DNA of 34,360 nucleotides from sequence record SRR15195285_3540; one strand, 5' to 3'. Shown piece by piece: positions 24,401 to 34,360 of this stretch (position 1 is its first letter; each line of letters starts with the position of its first letter). The notes under the pieces were generated by a model. It saw only the letters and a program-made list of their open reading frames with translations, ran no database searches and was not told where the DNA came from. The position numbers and the translations under genes were made by a program.

Positions 24401-27400
24401 ACATTCAAGGTGTCAGACGCGGTGAGCTGAACGTCGCGAGAACTCGTCACCACAACACCTGCTGCCGTCCAGTGGCTATCTCCACGATCAGCGACCGACA
24501 GAATCTGTGTTCCTCGGGTAAGCATCATTCTATCGGATTGCATTTGTACATGACTGTCGCCGCTGCTCTCCGCTCGGATGGCTACATCCCCTACAGCAGA
24601 GGCAACATGCATTGATTCACCAGCGTCAAGCAAAAGCTGTCCTCGCGCAACTCCACTTATACGTGCAGATGCCACAATCCCGACAGAGGCTGTGGATGAG
24701 ACGATGTGAGCAGAATCCCCCTGCGCATTCACTGACGAAAATGCACCAATCGAAATCGATCCGCGGTGCGCCGCAGTACTGAGTGCACTGCTGCTTTGTA
24801 CAGATACACTATCAGACAGCAGGAGAACATCACCTGCCGCAGAAACCAACATCTGCGATTCTGTTGTCAAAACCATGTCTTCGGAGTCCAAGCTGATGCT
24901 CGAATTGATGCTGCGAAGCCGAACATCTTGAGAGTCCGCTGCACACGACTCCAGCCCAGCAATCACAAGAGCATTTTCTGACCGCACAACTGCACGTCCA
25001 GCTTCAGCTCCAAGTGACTGCGAGGATGAAGAAAATGAGCCATTTGGAGAGACTGCACGAACTCCGACCTGCCCGCGGGCAAGAATTCCACCACTACCTA
25101 CAATAGTGGCTCCCGCAGCATCTTCGATGTGCACGCTTCGACCCGTTTCCGCGCCCAAACGAACTGCCAGTTTACCCGTAAACGAGGTGCGGCCTGCTGA
25201 GGCATGAATCGATGTTCGTTGGCCGCGTACGGTAGCCTCTCCAAGTCCAGCGAGCACCACGGCATCGTCCGCTCGCATCGCCATGGACCGTGTGCTGGCA
25301 TAGGCGACATCGCCGGTTGACTTGCTGGCAAATCGAGACGATGCCACAATGCTGATGGCGTCATTTCCTGCCAACCCCGTTGATGTTGGTGCCAGTGCCA
25401 TAAGTGTCGTTTCTCCAAACAACCTCACAGTTCGGGACCCAACTACACGTGTGGTTGCAGCCGAGCCTGCCTGAAGAATCACATCTCCATGCACTGACCC
25501 AGCATACAACTGTGCTGTTGCCGAGGCAGCCACAGAACCTTGGTCAGCATCGATGGTGGTGTCCAATGATGCTTGCAAATATGCGGACCCCGGTGTAGCG
25601 GCTTCTACTTTCTGAGCGCCGTAAAGGATTAGATTGGCGCTGGGGTCGACACCCATAGCACGAAACACTGACGTTCCGGCGGCCGTGTTGAACTGTGCAC
25701 CTGAAGAGGCGACAAAGCTGATTGAACCTTTTGACTCGGCGGCAACTGAGTCGCCGTGCGCGGAGATGCTTGCAGATGCGGATGTCGCGGAGACAGTACG
25801 ACCTGAAACTTCGCCACGGATGCCGACAAGACCGACACGCCCAGTGCTGCGGACGGAGACATCACTCCCAATAGCTTTCACAGCACCTCTGCTGGCTACT
25901 ACGAACAGAGCATCTCCTGCAACGCTGGCAATGTCGTGCTCAGAGGATACCTCGAATCTCGGCGACGAAGCACGTACGCGAGTAGTTGCGCTCACAACTC
26001 CAGCACTGACTGATTCCACACTCACGCGCGAGCTGCCGCTAATACCAATTGTCCTGAGCGCACGAAGCCGCGAATTCACGGAAAACACGTTAACCGCGGT
26101 TCCGCAAGAAAGGTTCACTTCACTGGACGAAAAGTGCGTGTCAGCTGGTCCAGAGGCCGCCTGGAGGAAACCGGCGTCGGCCGTGATTGTGGTAGCTGAA
26201 TGAAGACCAACGCTAGTGATCCCTGAGGCTCCGCACATTGATGAAGCACGAACCTCGATGGACCCTGCGCCCGAACTAATGAGGAGCGAAGACTCAGCGC
26301 GGAAGCCGGCGCTCGAAGTCGAAGCAATGTGCATCGGACCTGCTGCGTGTAGGTGCGCAGAGCCGCTCGCTGCCGCTACTGCCAAGGCTGACGACCCTTT
26401 GACGGACACGCTTCCTACTCGAGCTTGGGCAGTCAAATTGTATGAGCTAAGCCTGATCTCTGTGGACGCGAGCTGAGCGTCGACCATCTCTGCCAAAACC
26501 TCACCAGTTGCAGCCAGCAGGACTGCACCATCTAATGAACGGAAAGATGCTCTGTGGCCAGCTCGAACTGCGGCACGCACTGCAGCAACGTCCACGTGGC
26601 GTTCAGCGCGCACATGCGTAGCGCCTTGAGAACTTCGGACGTCGACGCCGCTATGCCCAAGCAGTGCGGCCTGAATGCCTAGGACATGCGCATCTTCTCC
26701 AAGCGCTGTTGCCACAAATCCTCCAGTAGATATTACATCTATGGTGTCTGCCGCGCCTGTGACACGACCTACAGCCTTCACGCTGGCAGTTGTGTGTGAT
26801 TGCACTGAGACATCCTCTATGGCTGCAACAAAGATGCGGCCAGCCGCTACGGAAACGTCGGCGCGTGAGTCCAAGAGAATGTCGCCATCCTGTGATGACA
26901 CTACTGCATCACCTCGCGCAGCAATGTCGGCAACCCCATTTGCATTCACACCGACCTCCTCCCCCAAGGCGGTTACATCCGACGCTGCCATGACCACGGC
27001 GGATGAACCAGCGGTTAGTCTTGTAGCTGCTCTAGACAAAACGCGTACATCGGCATTGGACCCAATCCAAGTTCCCGTCTGGCCAGAAGCGGTAGCGACA
27101 TCGGACGCACCGATGTTCAGTGGACCTGCTAACACGACGGCTGAAAGAGCGTTCGCGCCTATGCTGGAAACCACCGAGGCGCGGGAGCGCCAACGTTGGT
27201 GGTCAAAAGCTACGACCTCGACGTCGTGTGTTCCAGAGAGCACCCGAACTGCAGACTGCGCGGTAAGCTCTACGGCCACACTGCTGATTGCCACATTACC
27301 GAAATCTGTCATCAATTTGGCACGCGAGGCTGCGCGTCCTACAACAGCACCTGTTGTTGCAATTTGAGTGCCAAGACTCGAGTGGGCTCTAATGCTGGAC

Positions 27401-30400
27401 GTAGAGGCTACTACGTTGATATTTTCTGTCGCACGTGCGCCGATCACCAACCCACGAGTTTGAACCTCGCACCCCTCAACAGCTACAGACGTCGCACTTA
27501 CAGCTACGAAGCCTGATTGGGCTGTGATAGACGCGGTCGCTACCGTGACCTGGCTTAGCAACCCTGGTTTCGCTGTCACAAGCAGATGGCCATTCACAGC
27601 CGAGGTCCCTACACTGGGCGAGGAGGTTGCGAAAGCAGTAGCCGAACGCAGGCTTACATCTGAAGCAGCCGCAATCGAGATGTCATTCGTTGCAGCAGCA
27701 ACTAAAACAGACTCACTGCTGTGCACAGCAACGCCACGCGTGGCGCGAAGGTCGACTGTTTGACGCGCAAGTACACGTGACACACTATCTGAGGATGCCA
27801 CAACATCACGCTGTGCACTCAGGCTTGCAGATGCGGAAACGATTGCAAGCTCGGAGGTGCCAGCGAACTTGCTTGTGCCCAAGACCGTCATCTGCACCGA
27901 ATGCTTGCCTAAAAGGTTTACGCTCGACGCTTGAGACTTTACAGCAACACGCTGCCGCGCGGATTCGAACAGTGTGGTCAGAGCCTGCCCAGCAATGGAT
28001 TTGCCAACGATAGCAAATGAATCTTCGGGCTGCATGACAATGGAAGATGTCGACGATAATATGCCGAAGAAAGCTGAAGACGACACCGTAGTGATTGCTG
28101 AGCTGCGAACACCTAGATCACTGCCTGCGCTCAGCGCCAGATGCTGGTTTGCAGAGGTTGCAACCACGTGGCTGCCGACAGCTGCTAGTCTGAGGGTGCC
28201 GACTACACGGGCTTCTTGTGCAGCTGTTGTTATGACGTCACCAGCGTTCGCAGCAATGTCAATTGCCGTTTCTCCGCGAGCAGTCACCATGGCTGCAGAA
28301 GCCAATAAAACAGACCCATCCAGGGCGTTCGTGGCCACCTCACTGCCAGCGAACAGGGAGAGCATGCCAGTATTGCTGCTGGATAGGTTCAGTGCACCTG
28401 ACTCTCCAGTCAAAAAGCGAATTTGTGCAGATTGGGAAATGGCGGTGGATTGTGACACTATGCGAACCGCCCCTGCGCCAGTTGTGATCATCCGGCTGTG
28501 CGGCGAATCAACTAGTAGGCCAGCGTCAGTAGTCAGAGAAAATTGGTTCCCACCATGGTCAGCGAAGGATAAACCAGCAGTTGAGTCGCTGGCGCGCAAA
28601 ATGACTGAAGCATGATCAGTCGACTGTACGATAGCAGACCGGTCAGACATTCGGCGCCCCAGTTCGTCCACACAGCGGGAATCTGCCAGAGACCATCGGC
28701 AGGAGCCGCCGACCAGAACGTCACTTTGTGAGATGGAGTGACCGGAACTGCGAAGTCGGAAACGCTCACCCAACAGACCAGACTGCGCTGTCTGTACAAC
28801 CAAGTAGCTGTCTGCATTTGCTGTGTCAGCGGTCCAGTCCTGCTCTGCTCCAACTGCAAGGCGCGCAGTTGTCGACGTGGCGTCAGAACCGTGAGCTTGC
28901 GTGAACTTCAAACCTGTCGCAGTCGCACGCATTTGCGCTGCAGCAGCAACATTCCCGAAAGAGGTCACATCAACAACACTGCCGGCGCCGGAGGAAGCGA
29001 CCACATCAAGCACAGCGCTCGGCGTTGAGGAGCCCACACCAATGCCGACACGGTGACGGACTGCATCCACGTGCAGCATGTCTGCAACAACAAGGCGGCC
29101 AGAAACGCTCATGTGGTCATTGACATCAAACGCGTGGTCAACAGACGGCGTTGTAGTGCCGACCCCTACGCCGTTATCGCCCATCACGGACAAAGTCTCG
29201 CCATCAAAAATTATGTTGCTGTACACTCGGAATGAACCATCGCCAGTAGACTCCAGCACAGTGTTTCCGCCTGCATCTTGAAACACTACGCTGCCGTCCC
29301 TGCTGGTTCCGTGACCTGGAGTCAAAGCGATGCGACCATGTGAACCTGATCGAACGTGCACGTTGGCGTTTCTTGCTCCGGTCAACTCGGCAGAAACAAC
29401 AACTGCACCTGAGGACATATCGACAATCGTATCCTCTCCGTGACGCAAACGTAGTGCCGAGGCAACATCGGCTCTGAGCGCGACAGAGCCAGACCCGAAG
29501 ACTGTTGAGCGAGCGGCGCCAGTCACATCGGCCAGGGCAACTTGTCCCGTATGCGATTCCCCACTGCCCGGAGTCAACGATATCGCTCCTCCGTATCGAA
29601 ACGAACCGGCCCCGCCTATGAAGCGTATCGGGGCTGCAGCGCCATCTCCAGCAAGATCACTCTGCGATCGCACGGCAATGCGGCCTGCTGCATCAACTCC
29701 TATACGCGATTCATCAGTTTCTGCATCTGTTAGCTTCACTACAGCTGCAGTCGGGACAGCGCCCCAGCCCGCAGAAAGACGTACAACGCCGCCACGAGTT
29801 TCACCTATGCCACTGTGCAAATGGACATCTGATTGTGCATCAAGTGCAATCGTTCCGTCGCCGAAAACTTGCAGCCCCCCAACTGCGTGCGTATCTCCAT
29901 CTTGCGCAGAGCCCACCAGGCGTACTAGTGAACTCGCAGTGGTGTCTCCCGGGCGCAACTGGACCCCCCCACCCTCTTGAGAGGTACTAGCACCACCGAA
30001 TATGCTTACCGTAGTGACTGCCGAGAACTGGTCACCTTTTGGGAGGCTGGACACAGCTACACGGCCATCAGCTTCCACAGACATCACTTCCACGCCACCT
30101 TGCTGAACTGATACGACTTCGTGGTCGGCTGCCGCCATTGCAACTTCACCCGTGCCGGTCAACGTCACACGATGCCTGCTATCGGCGTCCTGCAACTGGG
30201 TGTTGCCATTCTTGGCGCCGCCACCCATCTGTACAACTATGTCTCCGCCACGGCTGCCGGGAGGATATGCTGCTCCTGGCGCAACGACAATATCGCCTCC
30301 GTTTGAACCGTTCACGAACACTGAGACATCTTCGCTGGCGGACGACTCGACAGCCACGATGTCGCTTGCGTGGAGCAGTGGCGATCCTGCTGGAGTAGTG

Positions 30401-33400
30401 ACGGTAAATGCTCCTGTTGCAATACTTCCTTGCGGGTGCACGGCCAAGGAGTTCGAACCCGATGCCGCCAACGAAATGAGCGCGCCATTTGCGATAACTT
30501 TGTGCCCGTCGTTTGGCGAGCGGAATTCCGCTGCGCCAGTGGGCGACACAAGTTTCAAAAGCGGCGTGTTTGCTGCGGTCAAAAAGTGGGCTGCCTGAAC
30601 AAGTCCGCTGCTTGTGACACAGACTGCGGTAGACCCATCAGTTTTGGCAACATTGACAGCCTTGTCAATCGCCCTCTCGTACTTAAACGGCACCGAAGTA
30701 AAATCCGATAGCCAAACTGTGTCAAAGTATGCTGTTGCCGTATCTAGAACGTCTATGCTGGTGAGTAGCCGTACTTCTGCCCCCATAATTATATAGTCCC
30801 CCACACCAAGCAGCCCAGTAGGCCCAAAATGACATGCAGGGTCACCAACCAGGGTGACGGACCGAGATCCACTTTCTGTGGTCGCGGTGCAACCAGATGG
30901 ACCGAGTGCTACGCCTCTAGAGCGAAGGTAAAGGGATGCAGTCACTGCCAATGATGAGGAATTAACGTAATGCCCAAGAGTGTCGGCTCTCAGTTGGCTT
31001 GAGCCCACGCGTAGACGCAAGTTGTTGCCGGCGATTAACCCAGCAGAAGCAAGACCCTGCACACTCATAGCATCTGCAGACAGTTGCACCCGCCCTGACA
31101 AGGCAGTCGCAGATAGCGCAGACACACTAGCCAGCTGTGCCTTCCCGCGTGTAGACATGGCAGCGTTAGTGGATGTCCCCAGGATGAAGTTTCCACCGGT
31201 TTCTAAAGCCATGACTGACCCAGACAGTGCATCGAGTGACCCAAGCGCGGAAGTAGACACACCTGCCTGGCCGCGAACGAAACCGGCTGCACCAGCTGAG
31301 ACAACCATGGAGCCACCGGAACCAACTGAAATCCGATCAGACGACGCAAGGACGAAGGCAGACCCAAGCAATGCTGCGCTGGGACCGAGTGCGTGAACAG
31401 CGTCAGCCAACAACGATATCCCATTCTGGCCTGCGAAACTCGCAACTGGCATCCTCGCGACAAGGTGGGCGTGTGAGTAAATCGTGACGTCTTCAGTTGC
31501 GCTCACATCAACAGTGCCCGCTAACAAGTGATCGAGCCCTGTTGCAGCCACAGACACCGAACCGCCCTGCAAGTCAAAGTCTACATTTGCTGAGGCGTCG
31601 ACAGATGCCCCTGAGCGTAGGTTGACTGTGCTTGCGTCCACTGTCATCCCAGCATATTTTGACTCGACCCGCACATCCTGGCTCGAGTAAAAGTCAGCAT
31701 GTGCGCGAGAGTTTACATGAGCACTGGCGGCTGCAAACATCTGAGCTCCTCCCACGGGATTGGAGGAAAAGTTTGATTTCGTATGGATGCCCATCGACCA
31801 GGCGACGGTCTTCAGCCCTGTGGCAGCAGACAACGCCAGAGCGCTGTCTTCAAGTGTCAGTGCTGCCGCACGTGTGCTGTGGTGCAACCCAATGCGAGAT
31901 GACTCCAACGAGAACCCAGCTTTGGTTGTCAACGAAATATCACCAAGGGAACGGTAAACTATGTCGCCTGCCGAGGCCACCACCGTGTTCCTGGCGAACA
32001 AGTCCACTGTTCCTGCAAGCACTTCCATTGACCGTCCGTTTTGCAGGACAATGGACGCACGAGAAGAAAACCGCGCAGGGCCGTTTGCGAGCAACGAAGA
32101 GAATCTGGAAGCATCTTGTCGCAGTTGCGCCGCTGCTCGGACCACCGTGTCGCCAATGGCCGATGTCGTCACAGCAGACAAAGCATCAATGTGCACGTGC
32201 GACTCGACTCCACTTGCTTCTAACAAAATGGAACCAGCTGACGCGTCAACCCGCCCGTTCAAAGCGACCAACTCGACGTTTCCTTCACCCTGCACGACTA
32301 TTGCGCGCGCAGAAGCTTCGGAGCTGCCCAGCGAAGAGCTAAGCGACACAGACTGGTGACCCTCGACTTTGAGGCTGCCACTCCGGGCGCTGAGGACACC
32401 GCAGTCGTTCCGCGTAGCAATTGTCCCAGCCTCGATGTTCACCTCAGTGTCCGAAGTGATACCCGCCGTGCTCCCAGACGCCAAGAAGGTCAGCCCTGTG
32501 CCAAACGAACGAAAGGCACCAGTTGCAGCTAACAGATGAACAGGGCCCGCCCTGGCTTCTGCAACAACGGTTACTGACGATTCTACCACTGTGCGCATAG
32601 CCGACACTAACGCGATTGAAGCTGACACCCAATTTGTGCTTGCTGCTGCAAGCACAAGGCCGCGGCCAGTCGCGGTGGAGGACACCCGGGATGCGCTGAT
32701 TAGTGTTTTGGATGATGGTGAGCTCATGCGGATGGTGCCTGCTGTAGACGAAATATCAACCCTGCCAGCATCGTTTGACTTGACTTCCATCGATGTGTTA
32801 GAACGAAGTCGAACAGGCCCGGCTGAATTCACCGTGTTGTCGGCTTGCGCATGAAACCATACAGCTTTGCTATACGGTGACCCCGCAGCGCGCACAATCA
32901 TGTTGTGGCCGGTTATGCGCAACGAATTGGACTCCGATGTGATGTCTGCTGCCGTTTCCGAGTGGTTCGCCACCACCATCAGTTGCGGTCCGCGCAGAGT
33001 GAGGCGGGCTCCTTGAATAAGGGCGTCTGCACGTGACCACACAGACAGGCTACTTTCCGAAGCATGAAGATCAACCCTACCAGTGTGCCCCCCGTCTGCA
33101 CGAAAACGCGCTTTCGCATTGGCTCCTGTTGCCCGAAGAAGAACGGGTCCCGAGAATGAAGACACTTGTAGATTGGCGCCAACCAGCCTGGTGACGCCAG
33201 TGTCGCTGGAAACACCTAGTGCAGAAGACACCACTGATATACCACTGGATGCCGTAGCAACAGTCTTTTCTGCATAAATCCCGACCGCCGCGGTTTCGCT
33301 GGTTACAGCAATGCGGCGCCGATAGGCGTCTAACGATATCCCAGCTTCAGCCCTCAACCCAGCAGTAAGACTGTCAGCATAGACATTCGATCCACCCACG

Positions 33401-34360
33401 ACACGAACAGCGTCGGCTCCCGTGCCTAGTATTGCTGGGGCAGTCACGTTGACATTTGCCGCGTGCGCCGCCGTGTTCCCGAGCGCTGAGATCATGCTTA
33501 CCCCCTGCTTGCTCATAACAGCAGAAGACTGGGAGGTAAGCTGGGCGTCAGCCGCTGCTATCACAGACGCAGTTGAATCAGCTGCTACGCTGGACGAACC
33601 GACAGTGCGCACAGCAAATGTGCCAAATGTAGATGTAGTTTGCACATGCCCTGTTGAGGCAACCCTGAATTCAGAACTAGACGAGGCGAAATGCCGCGCG
33701 CGCAGACCACCCTGAGCGACGGTGTGGAGCTGTACATCTCCGCTTGTGCTCATAGTCCGGAGCTTTGCTGTGGCGCGCACTGTGGCCACAACCGCCCTGA
33801 AGTCCGTTGTGCCTGCAAAAACCTGTAGGTTGCCGAGATCGGCATGCATCTGTACAGCCGAATTGCCGCTCACGGCCACAGATCCACCATACAGTGACGC
33901 CTCTGCGTTTGAAACCAGGGAGACCTGATCAAGAGCGTAAACCAACGCACTACTCGCACCAGAAAGTGATACACCCGAGCTAGTTGCTTCAGCTGATACA
34001 CCCCCGTAAGCCTGAAGCCCTACACCGAGAGTCGCATCAAGATTCAAGTCTTTCGACGCAACTGCACCAACTTTCCTTGCCGTCACCTCCGTCCGATGGC
34101 CATCGAATGTTATCCCCGTCGAGTTCTGGACAAAAAACGTTCCTCCAGCCAAAAATGAGACGCCAGCTGCCATTACACTGAAGTCCGTGACATTGATCTC
34201 AGCGCCGATCGCACTTGCGGATGACAACCTAGACGAGTTCAATTGAATCGCCCTTCGCTCGGCTTCAAACCGCGTTTGTGCTATTCCATATGCAGTGACA
34301 ACGTTGGCTTGGGTTTGTGCTGTTCCACCTAAAGCTGTAGCAGATGCGATTTCAGACGCA
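1..34360 (-). CDS. Giant spliced gene, partial at both ends: join(complement 34359..7065, 6979..6543, 6459..1). Encodes at least 11,397 aa of a beta-strand-repeat, tail-fibre-like extracellular protein with C-type lectin and Cys-rich inserts
   Basis: Three stop-free minus-strand segments are joined in frame by two canonical GT-AG introns (27,295+437+6,459 = 34,191 nt = 11,397 codons). Composition and repeat motifs continue across both junctions. The frame is open at both window edges. Confidence 0.9.
3367..3774 (-). other. C-type lectin-like domain (CTLD) within exon C
   Basis: KVFYLVQ...LTFSDAILYCRNNYEDIASIMTERENVLAADAC...RCMFGG...AWYWSDGSIFSYKNWQGDEG...WQDW...WGFLCQ matches CTLD hallmarks: TF-DA--YC helix 1, LASI----EN, a WIGL-equivalent, W-WSDGS---Y-NW, a WND-equivalent and terminal F-C. 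Confidence 0.88.
6460..6542 (-). other. Spliceosomal intron 2 (83 nt, phase 0)
   Basis: The minus strand reads GCT TCG|GTATGT...GTCTGACAC...ATTTTTTTGGTATTGCAG|GGC AAT. It has a CTGAC branch site (6489-6485), a T7 tract, a TGCAG acceptor and an in-frame TGA. Removal joins EVQVATAS to GNLMIGAGQVAVE in the open frame. Confidence 0.92.
6543..6979 (-). CDS. Exon B (437 nt) of the giant protein
   Basis: This is the core of the listed ORF 6486..6995. It carries two GQ...GGD(V/L)(L/V)L modules of the same family as the flanking exons and is bounded by a TAG acceptor and a GTATGT donor. Confidence 0.88.
6980..7064 (-). other. Spliceosomal intron 1 (85 nt, phase 1)
   Basis: The minus strand reads TTC C|GTACGT...CATTCTTTTTC...CTTGACA...GCATGTAG|GT ATG CGC. 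A candidate branch site TTGAC lies at 7014-7010. Removal gives ELGANTPF-R-MRRPAQAAMHDSGASFTLVGQ, which restores an intact copy of the repeat module (compare AFGEDGAFVLRRPATSAANPGARFDLHGQ at about 5470-5385). Confidence 0.88.
7065..34360 (-). CDS. Exon A (at least 27.3 kb, about 9,098 codons, 5'-partial) of the giant fibre-like protein
   Basis: Corresponds to the listed ORF 6835..34242. The TTG 'start' at 34242 is an internal Leu: the same frame reads ASEIASATALGGTAQTQANVVTAYGIAQTRFEAERRAIQL from 34359 with no stop. The A/S/V/G/T-rich character ends at ...VELGANTPF, exactly at a GTACGT donor (7064). Confidence 0.93.
9218..9260. repeat. Perfect 21-bp tandem duplication, in frame (LLGGEIS-LLGGEIR)
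   Basis: ctgatctcaccgccaagaagg occurs at 9218-9238 and 9239-9259. Confidence 0.95.
13060..13230 (-). other. Six-cysteine ShKT-like module inserted in the beta-repeat region
   Basis: C-ELPDINLVQFGSYS-C-AAAVSYVRKVGAD-C-YADLAGFPAFGVGGSLASY-C-PHA-C-GV-C. The terminal CPxxCGxC is typical of ShKT-type domains, but the spacers are longer than canonical. Confidence 0.6.
18514..18536. repeat. Hexanucleotide microsatellite (gctgcc)x3.8 encoding a Ser-Gly linker
   Basis: gctgccgctgccgctgccgctgc; the minus strand reads SGSGSGS within LGNRSGSGSGSSVSIQ. Confidence 0.85.
19651..19764 (-). other. Second six-cysteine ShKT-like module
   Basis: C-VDAHAFDP-C-VQLLLAGWS-C-AQIAPITN-C-AIARA-C-NF-C: 38 aa, starting CxD and ending CxxC, as in ShKT. 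Confidence 0.6.
28741..29175 (-). other. Phage tail-fibre-like motif block (GIG-TP-LDV / ER-R--SSG type)
   Basis: GVGVGTTTPSVDHAFDV, MLHVDAVRHRVGIGVGSSTPSAVLDVV and AVGAEQDWTADTANADSYLVVQTAQSGLLGERFRLRSSG resemble the xVGIGTTxPxxxLDV and ERMRIxSSG repeats of trimeric viral/bacterial fibre proteins. Recognised by eye. Confidence 0.65.
30950..34360 (-). repeat. Upstream block (at least 1,100 aa) of the same short beta-strand repeats; boundaries approximate
   Basis: Same pattern, e.g. VGAVASKDLNLDATLGVGLQAYGGVSAEAT and VNLRSGASVDASANVDFDLQGGSVSVAAT. Confidence 0.6.

Larger units (their letters stand above)
8250..28400 (-). repeat. About 6,700 aa of degenerate 6-9-residue beta-strand/turn protein repeats (putative beta-helix shaft); boundaries approximate
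   Basis: There is a continuous pattern of alternating hydrophobic residues followed by small turn residues, e.g. IDIAANAGDVITTAAQEARVVG and VNANGVADIAARGDAVVSSQDGDILLDSRADVSVAAG. Pro and aromatic residues are scarce. Confidence 0.65.

Noticed and set aside
1295-33215. Short minus-strand ORFs in alternative frames (e.g. 3309..3650, 16125..16547)
   Set aside because: They lie inside the giant exons, are short and Arg/Cys/Trp-rich, and have no domain signal.
226-34181. The many plus-strand ORFs (e.g. 4046..5341, 431 aa; 21911..22804, 297 aa) as real genes
   Set aside because: They are antisense shadows. In the main shadow frame a stop needs Tyr, or His/Gln after a T-ending codon, on the coding strand, and these residues are uncommon in this protein. 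The translations show no recognisable domains.
34240-34242. TTG start of the 9,135-aa ORF
   Set aside because: The frame is open with the same composition to the window end, so this is an internal Leu codon.
1-34360. Bacterial filamentous haemagglutinin, RTX adhesin or prophage gene
   Set aside because: Spliceosomal-type introns are present. No GGxGxD RTX nonapeptides, TPS domain or neighbouring phage genes are visible. The resemblance is at motif level only.
1-34360. CRISPR arrays, tRNA/rRNA genes, transposon ends
   Set aside because: No spaced direct repeats, RNA-gene signatures or terminal inverted repeats were seen. Apart from 168 intron bases, the window is entirely coding.

Overview
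The whole 34,360-bp window is an internal part of one giant minus-strand, spliced, eukaryotic-type gene, with neither its start nor its stop inside the window. The listed 9,135-aa ORF is misdrawn at both ends. Its frame stays open to the right edge, and its odd C-terminal tail is read-through of an 85-nt GT-AG intron (6980-7064). A 437-nt exon and a second, 83-nt GT-AG intron (6460-6542) follow. After them comes a 6,459-nt exon that is open to base 1 and is missing from the ORF track; I translated it by hand and found no stop. The spliced product in the window is at least 11,397 aa (about 1.1 MDa, estimated). It is an Ala/Ser/Val/Gly/Thr-rich, fibre-like protein with these parts: about 7,800 aa of short amphipathic beta-strand repeats; a block of motifs resembling phage tail fibres (GIG-TP-LDV, ERFRL-SSG); about 16 copies of a 'G-D..F...R....G...L.GQ....GG.L.L.PG' module; and 6 copies of an 'F-E-G....DPT...I.FPDESG.VLT' module. 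A C-type lectin domain, two six-Cys ShKT-like modules and several small disulfide modules are inserted into this scaffold. My best reading, which is inference, is a megadalton extracellular fibre, spine or adhesin built from phage-fibre-like parts and encoded by a protist-type genome. All other listed ORFs look like shadows of this gene. No RNA genes, CRISPR arrays or mobile elements were seen.
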